Positions 27,601-38,942 are shown, counted from the first letter of the stretch. The stretch is DNA of 64,000 bases from Octopus bimaculoides (GCF_001194135.2 NC_068986.1:114642563-114706562), one strand, 5' to 3'. Notes: generated by a model from the letters alone, not told the origin. A program made the numbers and translations.

Positions 27601-29434
27601 AAGCTACCTACTTATTGGATTATAATAGAAGTGGCTTAGTATTCTACATGTATATCCATTATGGAATCCACAGTTGAATCAGCAAGGCTGAATTACATAT
27701 GCAGTCCATTTATCAGGCTTCCACAAAGTTTCCGCCTCAGTTTCATGCAGTTTTGGTCAATCTATGGTATGTTAGAAGTTACATGTGCATGAAGTCACAT
27801 GGGGAAATCAAGGACTTCTTTAAAATACATGATTATGCCACAATAGACAATCATTGTTTCAATATCTACTTTTTTTATGCTTGCATGGGCCCCACAGAAA
27901 TTATGATCTTGAAGAGAGAAAGACTCTGACAAGTTTAAATCCCCCAAGACATATTCATGAAGCTGTCGCCATGATTTCACCAGGAGTTAAAGAGCCCAAC
28001 GAAAGGGATGACTAAATTATATAAACACATCATACACACCCATAGACACTGATATGTTGAGGGTGTTTACCCTCAGAAAATATATATTTTTTTAAAATTT
28101 ATATTTACTTATCTGTAATAGTAAACGTTACCTTAAACTACCATTGTCATAATGACCACCATCACCCCACTCAATAGCAACATAAACACCTACTTATTAC
28201 TCTAACCTTGAAATCACCCACACCTGCTATTTCTCTCTTTTATTTCCGGTTTCTTCAGACATACACACACACACACTTACCTGTCCACGACACCATGACC
28301 ACTCGACTATGATCGGTGTCAATGTCCTAATCAGTTCAACTATTCTGTTATTGACAATCAGTTACCATCACCATCATCACTCTTAACACAGTCAACGCAA
28401 ATAGATCATCCATAACTACCATCTTGATCCACTCCTCACTACTACAACTACAAGTAGTGGTTAGAATAGTTAGAATAGACACAAGGACGGCATCCCTACG
28501 TGGTCGCTTGACATGCTATATATTGCAGCCATATCTGCAGCAAATCACTCTTGATAGTTTTAAACAAGGATATATTGAACAATGCATTCCATAGTATATA
28601 AAAAGTATGCGATTTAAAATTTTTTTTAATGGTTTCAGTCATGGAACTGTGGTCATGTTAGGGCACCGCCATTCTGAGATTTCTTTGACCATATATTTCT
28701 TGATTCAAGGTTGACTTAGGGCATACCAACGAAGAAGTCTTGCTAGTAATAGCAGGTACAACTATCTCAAAGAGCACCGAACTCTTTCATGAAAAGAATA
28801 CATGGCATAATGTATAGTGAATGAAAAAGGATGGATGGTCATAACTAGAATGCCTTTGACCACAGGCTTACTTGTTCAGGATTGACTTGCAGTTAAATAT
28901 TCACAACAGCTACAATTACTACCATAAACAACCACTACTATTTTGTTCGTACATATTACTACGACTACTATCATCACAACAACCAGAACTTGAAAACAAA
29001 AATATTTTCAAGGAGTGTTAATGGGGCTGTTTTCTAATCTCCCTAACCTACATGCTGACCACTGGTCGTCTCTTCTCCACCCCTAACACACCCCAGCCAC
29101 TGTTCATCTCTGCTACCGCCAAGACTGACCCCACTCCCAGCCCCAGCCAAAAGCTATTCTAACCTCATCTATTCTACAAAAACAATTTATTCATCTTTCA
29201 CCCCTCACTACACTACCATTCAGTCCAGTTTTTGACCAATAGAATTAAAGGTCCAGTTGGCTGATTAGGAATAATCTTACTTATATTTTTAGGTGTGGCC
29301 CCTTCCCTTGCCCCCATATATCACATGGTACAATCCCGTAGCCTTTTCATTCCGACCAAATACTTCTAACTAGTTGCTTTATCCATCCAACTATTTTGTT
29401 TTTTTTCCTCTTTTTCTCTCCATATATTTTGTAG

Positions 29435-29563
29435 AAAACGTGAAGATTTATATACATATATTTTTTAAGTTGAAACTAAAATATCGAGAACTGAGGAGGC
29501 TTTCAAACACATTCTGATATTATCGACAATTCGGTATCCTGTGATAAAAAAAAAGCCAGGTTG
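29435..29563 (+). other. Putative 5' UTR portion of the Pro-rich exon
   Basis: 129 nt between the acceptor (AG 29433-29434) and ATG 29564. Contains no ATG and four stops in the ORF frame (29441, 29471, 29477, 29492). Confidence 0.55.
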
Positions 29564-30352
29564 ATGGAGACCATTAATAAGGAACCCAACCACCACACGA
29601 GTGCTGAAGCTACTTCTAGTGGAACCCAAACTTTACCACAAGGTGTGGGCCAGCCGGCTTTACCAACACTCAGACATAACATTCAAGAAGTAACAAGGGA
29701 TAGAATGCCAGATTCTTTCCCATTCAGAGTCCGAGACGAGAAGAATAATTCGCAACCAATTGTTGTTACGCAGGTACAATCCCAGTTACCATTAAATACC
29801 ATGCTAGGGTATCATGAGCCAAGGCCAAGTGGTTACACGTCTAACGTAATGCTACCTCCTCCGCCATCTCCACTTCCATCACAGTCGCCCCAAACAACGA
29901 CGACTCCATCAGCAAGTGCTGTTCCTCTTCCACTTCCCGTTAGCATGGATAGCAACGTTTTACGCATGAGAACTGACCCTACGAGACGAGTTAACTTCCA
30001 TCAGAACCCGTTGTTCGTAACTCCGAATTACGAAACTACATATGGAGCCGTCCCAGCACCAGTTTCGCTCTACCCTCGCTTACCAATCTCGGACGATAAC
30101 GCAGGAATGACTTTCGGATTTCCCCGACCTGTTCAGATGATGCAACCGCCTCCTCTGATGTTGGGCAACGACTATCCTCTCCCAAGCCCTCTCATCGACA
30201 ATAAGCCCTATCTCGTTCCTACTCCGATGCCGGAACTACCCCACGAACTCCACCCTACTGCTGGTGGCGGCGCTATTCTATCTAGCCCTATACTGAGTTT
30301 ACCTTCTAACCCCTCCCCTATTGCCACATCTCCATCATTACATCAGCATGCT
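29564..30352 (+). CDS. msi: Candidate alternative N-terminal coding exon of Musashi (263 aa, Pro/Ser/Thr-rich, predicted disordered)
   Basis: Longest non-low-complexity, gap-free ORF in the window (ATG 29564, METINKEPN...SLHQHA). It ends at a phase-0 donor GCT|gtaagt (GT at 30353) just before its stop codon, in phase with the msi acceptor at 38850. A strong acceptor (ttttttcctctttttctctccatatattttgtag) lies at 29434. Linkage to msi is inferred. Confidence 0.72.
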
Positions 30353-31461
30353 GTAAGTTGAAAGTTTACCTGTCTTTCTAACAGATTATATTAATACTTG
30401 CTACTCATTTTTTTTCTAAATTTTTCTTTTCTTCATAACCCTTTTTGCATGGGTTGATCCCGTTGTATCCAGTTTCTTATTAACCCACTTCTTGTTGATT
30501 TCATTGTTTTGTTAAGAATGAATGAATAATGAGGCCAATATGAACTCTCAACATTGGCATAAGACTATGTATGAAATATGTGTTCGTCTCTATTGCTATA
30601 TAACCAGTAAAATCATTTAGTTTTAATTCATTAGGAATATTTTACCAGCATTTCTGTCGAGCAGTTTTTAAAAAAAAAATTATTTCATTGTTCACGGCAA
30701 AACAACTCCAGACTTTCTTACACGCCATACACACATATAATGTATTTGCGTTCATTCTTGAATTGTATTTAATTCAAACAGCCATGTGTGTCACAACATA
30801 TATGCCATATATTTATACTCCACTGACAAAAAATCGGGAAGCATGAAACTAGAGAAGCAAGGAGAATCTCAGTTTAAATAAATATATGCATGAACTTCAT
30901 ATCACATGTAATATTATCTTACACTCTTGCTTAGAAACACATAATATATAACGTGCACTCACATGTGGGTTGACATGGAATATATATGCCGTGTGTGTTT
31001 ACTCGTGCGGATAATGTTATCAATACCCTCTAGTTAAGTCGTCAATTACAATTTCCCACTAATTAATAGTTTTTACCTCATTGATTATCACAACCTTACC
31101 ATATATGGCAGTACTATTAATTGCACCACCACCACCACCACCACTACTACTCAAACCACCATACACACCAAGCTTCTCTCTCCAACAACAATCTATGGCT
31201 TATTTAAATTCTTTCTTCTCAGATCTAGTTCCAGTGTGTTTTATAGTTTTTAATCAATAAACAAATTTGGCATATTATTTTTATTGCTGTTATCATTGAA
31301 ATCATTATTATTGATGTTAGAAATCATTATTATGGTAATTATTATTGTCATTATTATTATTACTATTAATAGTAGTAGTATATTGATCATCAGCTGTTAT
31401 ACCCAGTGGAACAATAATCAGATTAAAAAGAAACGCACTCTTTAATGTGTGTTATTGATTT

Positions 31462-31737
31462 CTAAGTTAGATATAAGGCTGTAGATATTAGGGAAAGGTA
31501 ACAGTCACTTATATAATAATAAACTATTAGGTACACGACTGGTACATTTTTATTTCTCTCGGCATCTTTGTACAGAACTGTGCCTCTCACCACTCGATTT
31601 TGCTTCTGGCGATCTTTCGGTATGAGTCCTAAATATCGGCCTTTTCCGTAAAAAGTGTCTTCGGCAATCTTTACCAAAGTTCGGCCTTGCTTCTTTATAC
31701 AATACGCATTTTCCAGTGAAATTTCTTTGCAATACAT
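31462..31737 (-). mobile_element. Possible degraded piggyBac transposase C-terminal fragment
   Basis: ISLENAYCIKKQG...GRYLGLIPKDRQKQNRVVRGTVLYK...YYISDCYLSL resembles, by eye, the LNAY helix and the GRHFP-IP-KQN-RC cysteine-rich tail of piggyBac/PGBD4-type transposases, with Cys residues lost. Confidence 0.4.
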
Positions 31738-34700
31738 TTTAGATAATGTAGATAACGATTATATGAAGGAAAAAAATTAAAACCTTTTTTTAAATATCCC
31801 CACTCCGACTTTCCATCCTTCGTTAAATGCATATTTGTTATGAATTTTTCCGAGATAGGTTTTCGGGGGTGTAGATTATGATTATCCTGATAAAATTTTG
31901 GTGGGGGAACATGGAATTTTGAATAGTTTCATCCCCACCAACCCGGAAATGAACAAATATTCATTGTTTGTGTTGTAACTTGAATCACTCGCCACCTTTT
32001 TTGTTTTGCTCAGAGAAATTCACTGAAATAAATTTTTCGTGCAATGCTAAACAATTTGATTATTCAATTCATATTACATAATAAAGCTGGCAAAGTTTTC
32101 AGTAAAAAATACAGTTATTGAAGTCGGAGGAATTAGCCGAAACGTCTCCGTACCTATATCATTAAAAAAAACAAAAAAAAAACATGCATTTTAAAGAAAG
32201 ATGAGGAAATAGACCAGCGGTGGAACAGACTTCAGTAATTATACCCTTCTCAAAATTACCAATACCCGACGCCACGGCTTCTCGAAGGAATAATGTTCGA
32301 CCTTCATCTCCAAATTTAAAGCGCAAGGCAATGTTAGGAAGATTCTTTTTTATTCTCTACTGAAGTGTTACTGTCTGAAGAAACCGAAGAGACGGCACCA
32401 GTCTCAATCAATTGTTAGAATTATTAAGTAATTATGAATAACGGAAACGGTTGATATAAGCGGAGTTCCTCAGTTTTTCTTCGTCCGCCAAGAAGCAGAC
32501 GATACTTTTGCAGTGACAAAGAATACAAGAAATACTTGTGTTTTAATGTCTCAGTTAGTCTTACTTTTGAACAGAATATGCACATTTTCCAATTATTAAG
32601 AAATAATTATTAAGAAACAAAAATTTCCATCGACTCACCTTATTTAAATTAATCTTCCTTGTAGTTTAGATTAAATCGATCCAGTACTTAACTCAGCCAA
32701 GCTCGGATTAGGCACTGCACCCCACACACCTCAAGGGAAATCTTTTATACATTAAAAATTTTTTTTTATTTATTATCACTGATATTATTTTTTGTAGTAT
32801 TCCTGTTTCAAATAACGGAAATTACAATCGATTCTGAAAAAAATTCTCTTTCGAAATTTCAATTTTTTTCTATTTACCCCCTCCCTCCCTTCTTTACTCC
32901 TCTAACTTTTTCATTTCCTATGAGGTATGAGGCATCTTAATCCAAAATACAGACCATGGCTGGTTGATTTTATTTATTTATTGTTTTCGATCTTGAAAGA
33001 ATGAAAGTTTAAGTGGACATCGGCGACACGAAGATTCATGCATTACAACTAAATATACTACATGAAATTTTGTCCGTCGCTCATCAAATCCCTTCTTTTA
33101 ACATTAATGATTTCATTATTTTGGTATATATTGGTAGAATGATATCCCCAATACGTTTCTATCAGCCTCTTAAACATGATCGATATAATAACTAGGTCAT
33201 GTTTTTTTTAACAGGAGATGTACCATCAATAAATAATAAAATAGTGGATGGAAATGGTCACACTTTTCCTTATATCCTGTTTCATTTAATTACTACAAAT
33301 AAAGAAATGTAATATTATTTAATTGAATAATATTACATCACTTAAATAGAAATTTTACAACACAATATATATTAAAATAACTACCATTTTATTCAATATC
33401 TTTAAATGAGAATGCAGACGTAGTCAAGGAATTGAGTGATTCTTCTTCCCCACGCCATTTTTCCTTTGTGTTTCAGATAACGGTGATTACGATTCTGAAA
33501 AAAATTAATTTTTACATTTTGCTCCCATCATCTAATCTCTTGCCCTTTTTCTTATTCATGGGGTGGTAATAGTTCTTCCAAAATTCCATCCAAAAAACAT
33601 TAAGCTAGTTATTGAAATATTCTTGTGACATTTTTTTCTCGAATTCGATAAAATGTTTTATACACACGCAGTGACATTTAGTTCTGGGGCGCCCATCACG
33701 ACGCAGATTCGCAGATTTATAATCATAGGCATTACAGCCGGCACCATTCCGTCTTTTTTGGTGATATGTAGGACTCCTTTGGGGACTAATGCAGAATCGC
33801 ACCTCTCCTTGAAAAATGCATTTTTTTAAAGAAATTTTTATGATTCCTACGTTTTAGATGTTGGAGATTACGAATATGCAAAAAACAACTTCTTTTAAAT
33901 CCACCCCCACCTCCATTTAAAATTTTGAACTTTTTCGAAACTTTTTTTAAAACCCACCTTTTCCAAATTTAAAATCCCCACCTCAACATTCTCTTTCCCC
34001 AAATTTAAAATTTTTCAAATTTCACCCCACCTGAGATAGAGATTATAGAGAGATAGATATACTGAGATAGATATATTGAGATAGATAGATATGAATAAAC
34101 GGATAGGGATAAATAGACAGACAAATAAATGGATGAAAAAGTTTAAAATNNNNNNNNNNNNNNNNNNNNNNNNNNNNNNNNNNNNNNNNNNNNNNNNNNN
34201 NNNNNNNNNNNNNNNNNNNNNNNNNNNNNNNNNNNNNNNNNNNNNNNNNNNNNNNNNNNNNNNNNNNNNNNNNNNNNNNNNNNNNNNNNNNNNNNNNNNN
34301 NNNNNNNNNNNNNNNNNNNNNNNNNNNNNNNNNNNNNNNNNNNNNNNNNNNNNNNNNNNNNNNNNNNATTTTTCTACGTATTTCGAAAAAAAAAAGAAAA
34401 TTACTGAAAAAAGGGAAAATTGAAGAATTGGGGGAGGGGGAGGGAATTAAAATTTTTTTTGCAGAATCAGAATCTCCGTACTCGAAAGTGGGGGATTCTG
34501 TAAAAAAAAAGAAAAAAAAAACGAAAGCGGGTGCGGTCCACATTGTTTACGTCTGCCCATTGTCCAACCAGTTAAACCCCGATAGCGTGATTTGGTTGTT
34601 ATTTCTAAAAGGTTGTAGAATTTTATCAGTCATCAAACTTTCTGAATGACACGCCAAAAGAAAGAAAAAAAGAATGTCTGCTCCATCCAGGCTAACCTGG

Positions 34701-35062
34701 AACAACATAATTTACAATAAACACGTTTCTTCAACATGGCCTTGGCGATGATGACGAAAGCAAACTCAAGAATTTATAGGAAATAATTTTTTAAAAAATT
34801 GTTACTAAGGTGATAATGTCAAATTTCCTTCAAGTAATTGAATTTTTACTGGTGGCAAATAGTTGACAGTGGCCATGCTGTGACATTGCCTATGGGAAGA
34901 AACATGTAATTGATATTCTGGTTGATAATTTACTTCATTAACTATTCATTTCTCATAAAATAAAATTCCTTTGTTTGTTTGTATGTATGTATGTATGTAC
35001 GTACGTACGTACGTATGTATGTATGTAAAGGAAATCTCTCTCTCTATATATATATTATTATT

Positions 35063-35581
35063 GAAGGCTGCGAGCTGGCAGAATCGTGAGCACGCTGGAC
35101 GAAATGCTTAGCAGTATTTCACTCGTTGCTCCGTTCTGAGTTCAAATCCCGCCGAGGTCGACTTTACCATTCATCCTTTTGAGGTCAATAAAATAAGGGT
35201 ACTATTCAAGAAGAGTGGGCCCGGTGCGCGTCCTCGCGTATTTGCGCATCCGCGCTAGCTAGTCGTGACTAGTCGATCTTACAACGACTATCTAGCGCGA
35301 ATGCGCAAAACATGTAAGAGGGTTTTTTAAAACAAAGTAAATCATTTTTTTTTTAAACAAAGTAAATAATATTTTGTGCAAAAAAAGTTATTTACTTTGT
35401 TTAGAAAAAACTCTCATAGGATCCACTAGGTACGACTAACTAGCGCGGATGCGCGAGTGCGCGCACCGGGACCACTCTTGAATAGTACCAAAATAAGTAC
35501 CAGTTGAACACTGGAATCGATGTAATCGACTCATCCTCACTTCCCCCCAAGTTGCCCTCGTGGCAAAAATTTGAAATAATT
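35063..35581 (+). mobile_element. SINE (GTCGATAAAATAAGTACC family) interrupted by the 35198-35489 MITE
   Basis: Head GAAGGCTGCGAGCTGGCAGAATCG and B-box-like GAGTTCAAATCCC. Resumes after the MITE as TACCAGTTGAACACTGG. Related copies lie at ~35953-36150, 5127-5326 (-), 49570-49780 (-), 50500-50690 (-) and 59165-59390. Confidence 0.8.
35198..35489. mobile_element. Non-autonomous DNA transposon (MITE), Merlin-like, 292 bp, inserted in a SINE
   Basis: ~60-bp TIRs starting GGTACTATTCAAGA. Exact 8-bp TSD AAAATAAG at 35190-35197 and 35490-35497. GG...CC termini. Confidence 0.85.
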
Positions 35582-35880
35582 ATTATTCATTTAGCGTCCG
35601 ATTTCCATGCCGTCATGGGTTAGACGGTTTGATTGAGACTGATAAACAGGAGGGCTGTACCAGGCTCCAGTTTGATTTGGCCTAGTTTCTACAGCTGGAT
35701 GCCCTTTCTAACGCCAACCACTCTAAGAGTTCAATGGTTGCCTTTTACGTGTCTCCTCAAGCACAGCAAATCGCCAAAGGTCTCGATCACTTACCAATCA
35801 CTTCCATGAGATCCAACATCCGAAGATCATGCTTCATCACCTCGTTCCATGTCTTCCTGGGTCTATTATTTTATTATTGT

Positions 35881-35882
35881 TA

Positions 35883-35923
<41 letters not shown>

Positions 35924-35951
35924 TGTAGTAGTAGTAGTAGTAGTAGTAGTA
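35881..35951. repeat. Compound (TAT)n-(GTA)n trinucleotide microsatellite
   Basis: TAT run switches to GTA run at ~35924. Confidence 0.9.
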
Positions 35952-36229
35952 AACAGTCTGACAAAACTGCGTTGCGGTTGTTCCCCCTCTCTTCGTTTGT
36001 CTTTACGTTCTCGTTCAAATTCCGCTAAGGTCGCCTTTGCTTTTCGTTCCCCCGGGGGTCGATAAAATAAATACCAGATGAACACTGCGATCGATCTAAT
36101 CGACTTACCCACCGTTCCTTAATTGCTGGCCTTGTGTCAAAATCTGAAATCAATATCAATCAATAACCCCCTCATGTACGTTTGGGTTATCTCTCTTTGG
36201 TGCCTTTAATCCCGGGCCTCTTTCAGTTT

Positions 36230-36312
36230 TGCTGCTCGTCGACGTCATTTTGCGCGAAACATTTTTTACACAAAGGATGTCGGTTTCTTTGGCGGGAGAA
36301 AAAAATGTATGT
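36230..36312 (+). promoter_or_regulatory. CpG-rich promoter-like motif cluster (CRE-like core and two E2F-like sites)
   Basis: GACGTCA 36241-36247, GCGCGAAA 36252-36259 (TTTCGCGC on minus strand), TTTGGCGGGA 36288-36297, followed by donor-like AAT|gtatgt at 36307. Confidence 0.35.
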
Positions 36313-37310
36313 CCTTACTTCATTAAATGGTTTTAACAAAAAATATTAAGACCAACTTTGTTCAATGATTCGTCTGTATTGCTGTTCTCTTACACTGACA
36401 TTATGCAGTGCTTCAAGCACACTACATCACTAAAGTGCGTGTATATATGTGTTTGTTATATTAAGTATATAAAACTGTGTGTGACTAACGTTCCAAAGTG
36501 GAATAAAAAGATTTATTGAAAGGAAGAGGAATAGTTTAATGGCCTGGATAGAATCCTTCCTCAGAAGGAAGAGTGATGCTGCCTAATGGCTTTCTACTTG
36601 TTTCCACTAACTTCTCACAGACTATCGCTAGTTCCCTCGTAAAAATAATAGCCCATGAGAAGAAAAAAATTTAAGATGTTGCCAAGTTAGATACTTTTTA
36701 TCTTATACATTTGTGTGAATTCGTGTATGTATTTGTAAATGTGTTTTCGTATTTGTATGATTATTTGTGTGGATTTGTGCGTGAATGTAACTTGTTTGCT
36801 GGTATTTCTATGATCTTGCTCACGTATTTATGTCTTTATATATGTGTATTTGTACATTATTTTCTAATTCTTATCAATTTAATCTCATTAATTACTAAAT
36901 AATAAAACCAACTTTGTTTAGATGACAGTTATATAACCTCTCTGGTTAATTATTCCTTAATCTGTTTATACTGCTAAACCTAACCAGATTATTAATGCAG
37001 TACACTTAAACACGATATCGATACATGTTTGTGTTCATATGAGTAATTTACACCTATGTGTATAACATGTGATTTACTTATTTACATGGATAATTACACC
37101 CGTTTGTCTTTACATTGGTTATTGGGGATGTTTGTTTTGTTGACATTAATTTACTCGTTTAAGTTAGTTTACACCTTCATGTGTTTTCATCTACGAGTGC
37201 TTGTGTTCTCCTTGCCATGTATTTTGTGAATACTTCGGTTGCCATTTTCATGTCCCCTACACATTCATGTCTTCTTATTTTACTTTATAACGTAGCAATC
37301 TGTAGAAGGC

Positions 37311-37519
37311 ACCCTTGCCAGTGACACATAAGTGGTGCCGGTTACACAGAAGAGGCACCCACTACAGTTTTGCAGTGGTTGGCATTAGGAAGAGCATCCA
37401 GCTGTAGAAATCCCAAATCAGCCTGGAGCCTGGTACACTTCTCTGGCTTACCAGTTCCAGCCAAACTGTCTAACCCATGCCAGCATGGAAAACAGATGTT
37501 AAATGACGATGATGATGAT
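37311..37519 (+). mobile_element. RTE-type 3'-end repeat copy
   Basis: Core GGTTGGCATTAGGAAGAGCATCCAGCTGTAGAAAT and (GAT)n tail. Confidence 0.8.
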
Positions 37520-38390
37520 ATATGGATATCCTTCCTATCACTCACCCAGCACAAACTTTGTACATTTGATAGTACCACCAACATTAGAATGTTTGTCTGA
37601 CTGAAAGCTACATAGTTCTCTATTCTGTATCTGTATTTTTTTTTTTTAAGAATTACTTCTCTTGATAGATTGCTTGCACTGTGGCTTGTGGAATACACAT
37701 CTAAATCATAAGTTTATGTAGTAGGTATTTAGTCTTGCCATACCAATACATCCCTTAGTACTCTTACTCCAGAATGAACCAAAGAACAGTTTGAGTAGTT
37801 TCACTCGGTCATTCAGTATCAGCTCATACATGGATTTATTTTTGCTTGTTCCCCAGAGAGACAGACTGAGAATATGACGAGCTTACAACTGCTTGTGAAA
37901 AATGCTTATTTATGAGTAACAAGCATAGCCATAAATAGTTGTAAGCTACTCTCTCATCATTATGACTGATTTGCTGGTAATGATTTGTGAAACTTGTCAA
38001 GTTATTCTTCATTTAATTCTGCCAAGAGAAACATGTCATTTACTAACAGCAAGGCTAAGTCTGTGTTAAAGATAAGTAAACAGATTTATGATTTATTCCA
38101 CATACACTGTCTCAGTATAAATAATAAGGATTAGTGACAGGAAAGGCATCCGGCTGTAAAACAATGCCTCGGTGGCATCTCCAATCCATGCAAGTATGGA
38201 AAAACAGATTTAGAAACAAATGTGTGCATGACAAATGTACATTTTATTTATTATATATAAAAGCAATGAAAGGAATAATTATAATGGTATCACATTTATT
38301 AATCAGTTAACAATTATTTTAATAAACAGTGGGATTACTATAGCAATCAACATGTTGGATCTTATACAAAAATATGCAAGTCTATGCAAT

Positions 38391-38690
38391 CATCATCATC
38401 GTTTAACGTCCGCTTTCCATGCTAGCATGGGTTGGACGATTTGACTGAGGACTGGCGAAACCAGATGGCTACACCAGGCTCCAATCTGATTTGGCAGAGT
38501 TTCTACAGCTGGATGCCCTTCCTAACACCAACCACTCCGAGAGTGTAGTGGGTGCTTTTACGTGCCACCGGCACGAGGGCCAGTCAGGCGGTACTGGCAA
38601 CGGCCACGCTCAAAATGGTGTATTTTATGTGCCACCCACAAAAGAGCCAGTCCAGGGGCACTGGCAACGATCTCGCTCGAAAGTCCTTAC
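38391..38690 (-). mobile_element. RTE-type 3'-end repeat copy, 160 bp upstream of the msi acceptor
   Basis: CATCATCATCGTTTAACGTCCGCTTTCCATGCTAGCATGG...GTTTCTACAGCTGGATGCCCTTCCTAAC (reverse orientation). CpGs retained. Confidence 0.85.
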
Positions 38691-38849
38691 ACAAGTGCCA
38701 GAAAGACGATGCACAGGTGCCATCATGATTTCAAAATCCCACCAGTAATCTTATCAAAATTGTTAAAATAATACTATGCTTTTTACTACACACACATACA
38801 TACATACACACAAATGCATTTTATAATAATGTTTGTCTTCTTTTTTCAG

Positions 38850-38942
38850 ATGGTGACCCGTACAAAGAAAATATTTGTTGGTGGATTATCAGCATCTACT
38901 ACTGTTGATGATGTCAGAAATTACTTTAATCAATATGGCAAG
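38850..38942 (+). CDS. msi: Musashi-family RNA-binding protein, coding exon for first part of RRM2 (93 nt, phase 0/0)
   Basis: Acceptor tttgtcttcttttttcag|ATG and donor AAG|gtaagc. Translates [31 protein letters not shown], matching the Musashi RRM2 start ([14 protein letters not shown]) including RNP2 IFVGGL. Confidence 0.97.

Noticed and set aside
28277-28286. Perfect minus-strand donor CAG|GTAAGT suggesting an antisense exon
   Set aside because: No supporting ORF or acceptor found, it abuts a (CA)n run, and isolated donors arise by chance.
29852-29880. PPPPSP as an LRP5/6-type PPPSPxS motif
   Set aside because: The sequence is PPPSPLP and lacks the second S/T of the motif.
30446-30451. 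TGCATG Rbfox motif downstream of the Pro-rich exon
   Set aside because: TGCATG is very common across this window (CpG decay, microsatellites, repeat tails), so one copy is uninformative.
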